Of a DNA stretch of 64,000 nucleotides, positions 6,956-14,542 are shown in pieces (positions within the stretch are counted from its first letter, which is position 1; every line of letters starts with the position of its first letter). The notes beneath the pieces were generated by a model. It saw only the letters and a program-made list of their open reading frames with translations, made no database searches and was not told where the DNA came from. The stretch is from an uncultured Gammaproteobacteria bacterium (GTDB lineage Bacteria; Patescibacteriota; Patescibacteriia; Patescibacteriales; JAGXOH01). The stretch is taken from positions 5,401 through 69,400 of the forward strand of contig CAZXUK010000001.1 in NCBI GenBank assembly GCA_964644045.1. The letters run 5' to 3'. Both the position numbers and the translations under genes were made by a program.

Positions 6956-7951
6956 TTATTTTTTGCCGGCTAACTGGCCGCAGGCCCCGGCTATATCTCG
7001 GCCCTGACTGACTCTTTGGGTCACTTGAACGCCCTCTTTTCCCAAAATATTTCTAAATCTCTTTATGCGACCCGCCTCCGGAGCCTTAAATTCTCCGACA
7101 AAATTACAAGGGATTAAATTAACCAAATAAAGTTTCTGTTTCATTAATCGGGCCAATTTTCGCGCCTCTTCTTCCGAATCATTAAAATCTTTGATTAAAA
7201 GATACTCAAACATAACTTTACGGTTGGTTTTGTCTATATAATAATCAACCGCTTCTAAAACTTGCTGAATTTTATATTTTTTATTAATCGGAATTATTTT
7301 TTCTCTAAGCTCATCCGTGGGAGCATGCAAGGAAACAGCCAAATTAACCTCCAGGCCCTCCCGAGCCATTTTTCTAATCCCTTCAGTAATTCCAATAGTG
7401 GAAATAGAGATGCGTCTGGCTCCCAAATTAAAAGTATCTTTACTATTTAAAAATCTTATTGCCCCCCAGACATTTTCATAATTAAGGAAAGGTTCGCCCA
7501 TACCCATAAAAACCACATTACTTACCTTTTTGCCTTCGGTCTTTAAAATCCGAGCAAAAAACAATACTTGCTCCACTATTTCCTCCCAATCTAAATTGCG
7601 CTCAAAACCGGCCCCGCCGGTAGCACAAAATTTACAACCCAGAGAACACCCTACTTGAGAAGAAACGCAAACCGTATTTCTTTTGTCCCGATGGCGCATT
7701 AAAACCGCTTCTATTTTTTCTCCGTCTTTTAAAGTAAAAAGGGCTTTAAAAGTATCTTTTCGAGAAGATTCAAAAATTTCTCCCCGTATATTCAAACTCG
7801 AAACTTGAGACAATTTTTCTCTTAAACTTTTGGGCAAAGTGGTAATTCCGTTCCAGTCCGAAATCAAATCAACAAAAAGAGCTTTTTCCAATTGCCGCCG
7901 CCTATAATTCGGTTCTGAGTTTAAAATTTTAAAAATCGCTTGTAAATCCAT
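6956..7951 (-). CDS. rlmN: 23S rRNA/tRNA (adenine-C2)-methyltransferase RlmN (radical SAM)
   Basis: CSLGCKFCATG radical-SAM motif, GMGEP, C-terminal GACGQL. Confidence 0.9.
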   Translation of the reverse strand: MDLQAIFKILNSEPNYRRRQLEKALFVDLISDWNGITTLPKSLREKLSQVSSLNIRGEIFESSRKDTFKALFTLKDGEKIEAVLMRHRDKRNTVCVSSQVGCSLGCKFCATGGAGFERNLDWEEIVEQVLFFARILKTEGKKVSNVVFMGMGEPFLNYENVWGAIRFLNSKDTFNLGARRISISTIGITEGIRKMAREGLEVNLAVSLHAPTDELREKIIPINKKYKIQQVLEAVDYYIDKTNRKVMFEYLLIKDFNDSEEEARKLARLMKQKLYLVNLIPCNFVGEFKAPEAGRIKRFRNILGKEGVQVTQRVSQGRDIAGACGQLAGKK

Positions 7952-7991
7952 AAAAAATATTAAGTAAAAAAAAGAATAACATTTTTGTTTT

Positions 7992-8032
7992 AAAAATAAA
8001 AGAACCGCAGTCTTTATTTTTAAAACTTGCGG
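7992..8032 (-). terminator. putative intrinsic terminator after the holA-PIN transcription unit
   Basis: Reverse strand: CCGCAAGT...ACTGCGG hairpin followed by a T-rich run. Confidence 0.4.
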
Positions 8033-8197
8033 CCAAACAATAAAAAACGGAAATTAAAGTATATTTTGCTGAGTTAGCTTTTTTCTCTCTTCTTTTTCAG
8101 TTTTTCTGCCCTTCCCTCCTCTTTTTTTACTTGATCATTCGGCTTTTTAAACGAATATCTTTTTTCGGCTCATACCTCTGTCTCCTTTTTTGATTTA

Positions 8198-8614
8198 TTA
8201 TTTTCTGTTTTTTTCTATAATAACCCTCCAGGAATCCTTGGTTCCTTTAATGGGGATTTTTCTGAAACTACCCAAGTCCAATAAATGACGATCGCTGGAA
8301 ACTATTAGATCCGCTCCTCCCGCCCAAGCGCACGCCAAGAATTTATCATCTTCCGGGTCTTCCGCGATAACCCGCAAGCGGGGAGGATTTTTTATCTTAT
8401 TTTTTTCTTTAAAAATTTTGTTCCACTCCAATTTCTTTCGATTGGCTGAACGACTAATATTGCTCAGAATATACTCGGCTTCTTTTTTAATAGCGTCACT
8501 CCATAATATTTCGATCTCTCCTTGCCGGGATAAATTAATTATTCGAGCGGCAAAACTTTTTTTATTAAAAAGGTGGGCAACCAAAAGATTGGTATCTATT
8601 ACTATCTTAAGCAT
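8198..8614 (-). CDS. PIN-domain protein (putative toxin-type ribonuclease)
   Basis: IVIDTNLLV start, acidic residues, SSDRHLL near the C-terminus. Confidence 0.75.
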   Translation of the reverse strand: MLKIVIDTNLLVAHLFNKKSFAARIINLSRQGEIEILWSDAIKKEAEYILSNISRSANRKKLEWNKIFKEKNKIKNPPRLRVIAEDPEDDKFLACAWAGGADLIVSSDRHLLDLGSFRKIPIKGTKDSWRVIIEKNRK

Positions 8615-8618
8615 TGTT

Positions 8619-9650
8619 TTAAACTCTTAAAAGAAATAAATCCAGATCAACTCGCGAATCACTTTGACCGGATTTCCAAAGATAATCCATTTCCACTAAA
8701 GAATTGAGGGATCTTTTTAATTTAATTAAACTAAATTTTCTTGCTTGATTAATGCCCTTTTGAACCACAAAGGGGTGAAGGCCCAGACTGCTGATCATTT
8801 TACGAGAGCTTTCTCCTTCGTCTAAACATTGTCGGATTTGCAAGAGTATTTTGATCTGCCGAGTGATCATATTAAGAAGATAATATTCATTAACTCCGGC
8901 TGAATATTGTTTTTCCAATAAATTAACTGCCAAAGAATAATTTTGATTACTAATAGCGTCGGTTAGGGCAAAAATATCCTGATCAAACAGGCCCTCCACC
9001 AACTCTTCCACCTCTTCGGGTTCTACTGTTTGGCCGGCATCAGCTCCCTGGCCTTTTTTATAATAAATCAATTTGTTTATTTCTTGGTTCAATTGCCATA
9101 AATTATTACCCACCAAGCTAATCAAAAGCTCGCAAGCTTTAGTGCTTATTTCTCCTCCTCGAGATTTAAACTCTTCCCGAACCCATTTATTAAGCTCGGT
9201 ATTGGACAAAAGAAAAAATTCCTGACTGAATTTTTGCGAATTCAAAAATTCAAACCAAGCCCGCGCCTTTTTGCTCAAAGGTTTTTCTCTGCCCACGGAA
9301 TCGATCATCAATATTTCGGTTTTAGCTCCTTTTCTTTTGCTTTTGATCCGCGGCTCCCAAAAAATTACGGTATTATCGGTCTCTTCTTTTTGAGTACGAA
9401 AATATTCGGAAAGCTCTGAAAGCTGAGGATTTTGAAAAGTATTTTTCAAAACAATCATTCTTTTATTTCCGGAACTAAAAAGAGAGGAGGCGCTGATTTT
9501 TTCCTTTATTTCGGATAAGTCGGCTTCAGAACCATCCAAAAAACTGATACTATCCTCGCCTCCGCCGATCTGGGTTAAAAATCTTTTTTTTAGCTCTTGG
9601 ATCTTTCGATTGGCCCGAAAAGTATCCTCGCCGTAAAAAAATATAAACAT
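8619..9650 (-). CDS. holA: DNA polymerase III subunit delta
   Basis: MFIFFYGEDTFR N-terminus and a length and helical C-terminal domain typical of HolA. Confidence 0.75.
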   Translation of the reverse strand: MFIFFYGEDTFRANRKIQELKKRFLTQIGGGEDSISFLDGSEADLSEIKEKISASSLFSSGNKRMIVLKNTFQNPQLSELSEYFRTQKEETDNTVIFWEPRIKSKRKGAKTEILMIDSVGREKPLSKKARAWFEFLNSQKFSQEFFLLSNTELNKWVREEFKSRGGEISTKACELLISLVGNNLWQLNQEINKLIYYKKGQGADAGQTVEPEEVEELVEGLFDQDIFALTDAISNQNYSLAVNLLEKQYSAGVNEYYLLNMITRQIKILLQIRQCLDEGESSRKMISSLGLHPFVVQKGINQARKFSLIKLKRSLNSLVEMDYLWKSGQSDSRVDLDLFLLRV

Positions 9651-9855
9651 TTGATGTTTTTTATTAATTGTTATTTTAAACTTGAAATACTCGGGTCTTA
9701 TTGACTACCGGGCCTCACTATTACCGGACATAAAATTATAATTAAAGTATAACAGCAAACCGCCCCGCGAATCAACAAATATAAATCTACAAATAATTTC
9801 CTGTTGGTCTTTTATACCAAATTTGTTAAAATAAACATATACTTAAACTCATTTT

Positions 9856-11022
9856 ATGAATATTTTTTTATTCTTAAGCACGATTTTTTTATTGACTTTT
9901 ATAATTGGTAAAGGCATAGAAAAAATCCGGGTTCCCTGGATTTTTGCCGCCCTAATTTTGGGCGCTTTGGCAGCTGTTTACAACCCTTTTCAAAGCTTAA
10001 CTGATTCTGACTCTTTTGAGTTTTTAGCTGAACTGGGAATGTATTTCCTGCTTTTTATGATCGGGCTGGATATAAACCTCACTAAACTCAAGAAAAAAAG
10101 CGGTTTTATATTTCGAGCCACTTTTTTTATTATTTTCCTAGAAGCTATCCTGGGAAGCACTCTTATTCATTTTTTATTCGGATACGGATGGGGTGTCTCT
10201 TCTTTAGTGGCCCTTTCTTTTGCCACAGTGGGGGAAGCTATTTTGATTCCCATCCTGGATGAATTTAAAATAACCAAAACCAAGCTGGGCCAATCAATTA
10301 TCAGCATCGGGGCTCTGGACGATATTATTGAAATCTCGGTTTTAATTACGGTAATAATAGTGATCGGAGGCACAAGCGGAAGCAGTTTTAATGCTGCCGG
10401 TATGGCTTTATCCTTGATTCTCTTGCTAATCTTGGCTTTACTTTTGGTTAATTTTAAAAAAAGCAAGGAATATTTTAAATTTTTTAATATAAAAACCTTG
10501 TTCCTCTTTACGGTTTTTATCTTCTTTTTATTTATAGGGATCGGAAGCTATGCCGAGGCCGGGGCACTGGGCGCTTTGCTGGCCGGAATCAGTATTAAAA
10601 ATCTCTTGCCGGCTAAAAAACTAAAAATGATTGAAACCGAGATCAAAACTTTGAGCTACGGCCTGTTCGCCCCGATTTTCTTTTTTTGGGTGGGCCTGGA
10701 AATGGATATGGGCTACCTGGCAACCGCGCCCCTGATTGTTTTAGCTTTGGTTTTAGTCACTAAAGGAGCTAAAATTTTGGGAAGCTTGATTGTGGGTAAA
10801 AAAGAATTGGGATTAAAAAGGTCCATACTTCTGGGAATCGGCTTATCCGTCCGCTTTAGCACAAGTATTATTATCATAAAAATACTTTTTAATAATAATA
10901 TTATAGACACTCAGCTTTACTCCGTGATCATTGCTTCCAGTATTGTTTTTAAATTCATAGTTCCCCTTCTTTTTGCCAATCTTTTGGTGCGCTGGGAAAT
11001 AAAAAAACCCAAAACCGCTTAA
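9856..11022 (+). CDS. cation:proton antiporter (CPA family, Na+/H+ exchanger-like)
   Basis: About 12 hydrophobic helices and a DD pair in ALDDIIEI. Confidence 0.7.
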   Translation: MNIFLFLSTIFLLTFIIGKGIEKIRVPWIFAALILGALAAVYNPFQSLTDSDSFEFLAELGMYFLLFMIGLDINLTKLKKKSGFIFRATFFIIFLEAILGSTLIHFLFGYGWGVSSLVALSFATVGEAILIPILDEFKITKTKLGQSIISIGALDDIIEISVLITVIIVIGGTSGSSFNAAGMALSLILLLILALLLVNFKKSKEYFKFFNIKTLFLFTVFIFFLFIGIGSYAEAGALGALLAGISIKNLLPAKKLKMIETEIKTLSYGLFAPIFFFWVGLEMDMGYLATAPLIVLALVLVTKGAKILGSLIVGKKELGLKRSILLGIGLSVRFSTSIIIIKILFNNNIIDTQLYSVIIASSIVFKFIVPLLFANLLVRWEIKKPKTA

Positions 11023-11035
11023 TATTAAATTATTT

Positions 11036-13519
11036 ATGACTCAAAAAATAAAAGGACTTAGTTCAAAAGAAGCCCAAAAAAGATTAGATCAATACGGTCC
11101 CAATAAAATCAAAAGGACTCAAAAAATAAATCCTATTAAAATTTTAATTTCTCAATTCAAATCCCCTTTGATCATTATTTTGATCATAGCCGCGATTATT
11201 TCTTTTTTGGTTAACTATTATCAAGGCGAAAATTATGTGGATTCGACCTTAATTGTGATCATAGTTTTAGCTTCCGGGGTCGCCGGATTTATTCAGGATT
11301 ACAAAGCGGAAAAAGCGATCGAGGCCTTGAAAAAAATGGCCACCCCCAAAGCCAAAGTTATTCGGGGGGGAAAAGAAAGAGAGGTCAAGGCCTGGCAGAT
11401 CGTGCCCGGGGATATAATCGTTTTGGAGGGCGGAGATGTAATCCCGGCTGATGCCAAAATCCTAAAAGGAAAAGCGGAAATCAATGAATCGGTCCTGACC
11501 GGAGAATCCAAAGCCGTACACAAACAAAAAGATAAATATATCTATTCCAGTTGCAGTGTTTTGTCCGGAAGGTTAAAGGCCGAGGTTCACGCCACGGGTA
11601 TGAAAACTAAAGTGGGGAGAATTGCGGAGAAAATGCAGAATATTCAAGAAGAAAAAACCCCTTTTCAAAAACACATGCACAAGTTCAGCAATAAATTGGT
11701 AGTGGGGACCGGGTTTATTATTCTTTTAACTTTTTTAGCCGGCTTTGCCAAATTCGGCTGGCTGCAAACCGGTTTAATCGCGGTGTCTTTGGCTGTGGCC
11801 GCCATACCCGAAGGTCTCCCCGCGGTTATCACCCTGGCTCTTTCCTTGGGGGCTAAAAGTATGGTGGCCCGCAACGCCCTGATCCGAAAACTGGCCACCA
11901 CCGAATCCATCGGCAGCATCAACACCATCTGCACCGACAAAACCGGCACTCTTACTCAAGGAAATATGAAAGTTAAGAATATTTGGAGTAACGAGCATAA
12001 TAATGCGATTAAAAATATTTCCTACCAATGCGCTTATTACTGCAATGATGCCAAACAAATTTACAAAGAAGGAGAAAAAAAATGGGTGGGGGATGAAACC
12101 GAGATCGCTTTAAAACAATACGCTCAAAAAGAAATAAAAAAAGAGGGTCAAAGAAACGGAGAGATATCTTTTACCAGTAAAAGAAAAATGATGACCGTGA
12201 TGCAGACCCTGGACAAAAACAAATGGATCTTCTCCAAAGGGGCTCCGGAGGTCATAATCGAAAAATGCGATAAAGTGGCCACTCCCGGGGGAAACAAAAA
12301 ATTAAGCCAAACCGAAAAAGAAAAAATTTTGAAAAAAAACAAAAAACTGGCCTCCCAGAGTTATCGCGTCTTGGCTTTAGCTTATAAAAAAAGCGGAAAA
12401 TTAACTGAAGATAACCTAATTTTTATCTCCTTAATTTATCTTAACGATCCGGTGCGCAAAGAAGCTAAAAAATCGGTTAAGGAGTGCCAAAATGCCGGAA
12501 TCAGAACCATTATGATAACCGGAGACAATCCCTTAACCGCCCAATCCATAGCCCGAAAAGTGGGGATAACAAGTCCGGAAGTCTATATCGGCGAAGACTT
12601 GGAGAAATTAAAAGGGGCTGAAATTGATAAACTTTTAGCCAAAGGCAATAACATTTTCGCCCGCACCTCTCCTTTTCATAAATTAAAGCTCTTAACTTCC
12701 TTACAAAACCAGGGCCAAGTAGTGGCCATGACCGGAGACGGAGTAAATGACGCTCTGGCCCTGAAAAAATCAGATGTAGGGGTGGCTATGGGCACTAAAG
12801 GCACCGAAGTTTCCAAACAAGCCAGTGATATAATCCTTTTGGACGACAATTTCGCCACTATTAGAAACGCCATCCAGGAGGGCAGGCGAATTTTTGATAA
12901 TATCCGCAAATTCGTAAATTATCTGTTAACCTGTAATCTGGCCGAAGTTTTAGTAATATTGGTAGCCACTTTAACTCTTCCCTTTGTGGCCTTATTCCCG
13001 GTACAGATCTTATGGATCAATTTGATCACAGACGGCTTAGTGGCCCTGGCTCTTTCTGTGGATCCGGCTCGTCCGGATGTTATGTCACGCCAACCCCGGA
13101 ACTCCCGAGAAGGGATTATAAACAAAGAGTTGGGTATCTTAATAATCAGCAACGGCCTCTTGATGTCCGTAATCCTACTGGCAATCTTTTTCCTTACCCT
13201 GAACTTGAATTGGGGGCAGGAAAAAACGCGAACCATAATTTTTACCGGCTTTATCTTATTTGAATTTGTTCGTTTAGGAGTAATCAAATACAACGAACAT
13301 CTTCATTCCTTAAAAGACTGGGTCGCCAATAAGTTCCTGGTTTTATCTTTACTTCTTTCTTTGGGCTTACAACTTCTCATAATTTATACTCCTCTGGCCC
13401 ATTATTTTAAGATCGTGGCCCTGGGGTGGTTGGAATGGGCGACTTTAATAGGTTTTACCGTAATCGGTTTTATTTTGGGAATTATTACTACCAAAATAGT
13501 TCATAAATTTATTAAATAA
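11036..13519 (+). CDS. cation-transporting P-type ATPase (type II, Ca2+/Na+-like)
   Basis: TGES, CTDKTGTLT, MITGDN and TGDGVNDA motifs. Confidence 0.9.
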   Translation: MTQKIKGLSSKEAQKRLDQYGPNKIKRTQKINPIKILISQFKSPLIIILIIAAIISFLVNYYQGENYVDSTLIVIIVLASGVAGFIQDYKAEKAIEALKKMATPKAKVIRGGKEREVKAWQIVPGDIIVLEGGDVIPADAKILKGKAEINESVLTGESKAVHKQKDKYIYSSCSVLSGRLKAEVHATGMKTKVGRIAEKMQNIQEEKTPFQKHMHKFSNKLVVGTGFIILLTFLAGFAKFGWLQTGLIAVSLAVAAIPEGLPAVITLALSLGAKSMVARNALIRKLATTESIGSINTICTDKTGTLTQGNMKVKNIWSNEHNNAIKNISYQCAYYCNDAKQIYKEGEKKWVGDETEIALKQYAQKEIKKEGQRNGEISFTSKRKMMTVMQTLDKNKWIFSKGAPEVIIEKCDKVATPGGNKKLSQTEKEKILKKNKKLASQSYRVLALAYKKSGKLTEDNLIFISLIYLNDPVRKEAKKSVKECQNAGIRTIMITGDNPLTAQSIARKVGITSPEVYIGEDLEKLKGAEIDKLLAKGNNIFARTSPFHKLKLLTSLQNQGQVVAMTGDGVNDALALKKSDVGVAMGTKGTEVSKQASDIILLDDNFATIRNAIQEGRRIFDNIRKFVNYLLTCNLAEVLVILVATLTLPFVALFPVQILWINLITDGLVALALSVDPARPDVMSRQPRNSREGIINKELGILIISNGLLMSVILLAIFFLTLNLNWGQEKTRTIIFTGFILFEFVRLGVIKYNEHLHSLKDWVANKFLVLSLLLSLGLQLLIIYTPLAHYFKIVALGWLEWATLIGFTVIGFILGIITTKIVHKFIK

Positions 13520-13559
13520 CTAATCCGCCAAAAAGTGTGTACTAAAACAAAAAAAGCTC

Positions 13560-13587
13560 TTGACAAAATTTCTAAATATGTTATTAT
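13560..13587 (+). promoter_or_regulatory. sigma-70-type promoter of the GC-rich RNA unit
   Basis: TTGACA, 16-nt spacer, TATTAT. Confidence 0.55.
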
Positions 13588-13607
13588 ATTTTTTGTTCTT
13601 TTCATTT

Positions 13608-13655
13608 GAGGAATTTGGCTAAGGCATAGGGTCTTAGTTTAAATCCTCATTTTTT
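13608..13655 (+). promoter_or_regulatory. leader hairpin with U-run (attenuator-like) at the 5' end of the GC-rich unit
   Basis: GAGGA/TCCTC outer stem, CTAAG/CTTAG inner stem, then ATTTTTT. Confidence 0.35.
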
Positions 13656-14250
13656 AATACCTTTTTTGCCTAAGGAGGCGCCCATGATTATCAGAGGACC
13701 GTGTGAAACCGCAAAGACATTAAAGAATTTTGACGGCACCATCACCCGCCCGGCCTATCGCCACGGCCCGGTGCTTGCCAAGGGCAACACCATGGCCATT
13801 GCAAGCGCCGGCACCCATTGACGGAGACGCCCATGATTCAAATCATCGGAACCGGGGAAACCTGGGTTTCAGGATTTATCTGACCGGACTAATACCGGTC
13901 TGGCATCCTCCCAAAGGCACTGAGAGCCGGCGTAGACGCCATCGATCAGCCCGAATAATCCCCCCTGAAAAAACGCGCGCGCAAAATCGGGGGAATCGCG
14001 GGTATCGCAAGGCAATATCGGCGACCGGGTAACCGCAAGTGGCCACGAAAAAGTTCGCCGCGCGGACTACACCCACACGCCCATCACAGCAGCCGGACAC
14101 ACCGGGAGGATGCCTTTTCTTCAGGCAAAAAGGCCGGACACCGGGGAAAAATGTTTACCCCCGGACAAAAACCGGCCAGGCGAATTGAGGGGCACAGACC
14201 AAGTCTGGGCCACCCAAAGCGCCGAAAAAAAACAAAAAACAAAATCAACC

Positions 14251-14282
14251 GAGGTTGTCATCAATGACAACCTCTTTTTTTT
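14251..14282 (+). terminator. intrinsic terminator of the GC-rich unit
   Basis: GAGGTTGTCA-tcaa-TGACAACCTC (10-bp perfect stem) followed by 8 T. Confidence 0.8.
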
Positions 14283-14329
14283 ATTCTTAAAAAATTAAGA
14301 ATATATATTCGAATATATATTCTTTTTAA

Positions 14330-14480
14330 AAACCAACTTCCTACCCTGCCCTAAAAACTAATATCTAATTTCTAATTTCTAATCCCTAATCTCTAAAACC
14401 CTAAAAACTAACCCCTAATACCTAATCCCTAATCTCTAAAACCCTAAAAACTAATCCTTAAAACCTAACACCTAACCTCC
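14330..14480. repeat. G-depleted CTAA/CCTAA-rich low-complexity tract
   Basis: About 150 nt built from CTAA, CCCTAA and CTAAAA units with almost no G on the + strand. A block of about 60 nt is repeated internally (CCTAATCCCTAATCTCTAAAACCCTAAAAACTAA). Confidence 0.8.
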
Positions 14481-14509
14481 TTGCTTCCTAAGCAAATTTC
14501 CTGTATAAT
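14481..14509 (+). promoter_or_regulatory. putative uvrA promoter
   Basis: TTGCTT, 17-nt spacer, TATAAT, about 35 nt upstream of the uvrA ATG. Confidence 0.45.
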
Positions 14510-14542
14510 TATTTTCTAATTAACATACTTAACAAACTAAAA

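Larger units (their letters stand above)
13595..14282 (+). ncRNA. unclassified large GC-rich structured RNA candidate
   Basis: Promoter and terminator bracket about 690 nt. Hand counts: 13741-13800 has 40/60 G+C, 13561-13620 has 13/60. Several perfect local and long-range helices are present. Only short or compositional ORFs occur. Confidence 0.55.

Noticed and set aside
13595-14282. RNase P RNA, tmRNA or SRP RNA as the identity of the GC-rich RNA
   Set aside because: I could not find GGAAAGTCC or ACAGAACCCGGCTTA on either strand. There is no tRNA-like T-arm/CCA end and no tag ORF ending in a hydrophobic Ala-Ala. There is no SRP GGAA/AGCA motif. The size is also too large. A covariance-model search is still needed.
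13730-14298. ORFs 13730-14032(+), 13876-14100(-) and 14110-14298(+) inside the GC-rich island
   Set aside because: They overlap each other. Their products are Arg/Pro/Ala/Gly-rich as expected from GC-rich non-coding sequence with few stop codons. None has an RBS, and the region has dense helix potential. I treat it as RNA, not protein.
14330-14480. True telomeric repeats or a linear-replicon end
   Set aside because: The tracts are interior to the contig, short, degenerate and flanked by ordinary genes on both sides.
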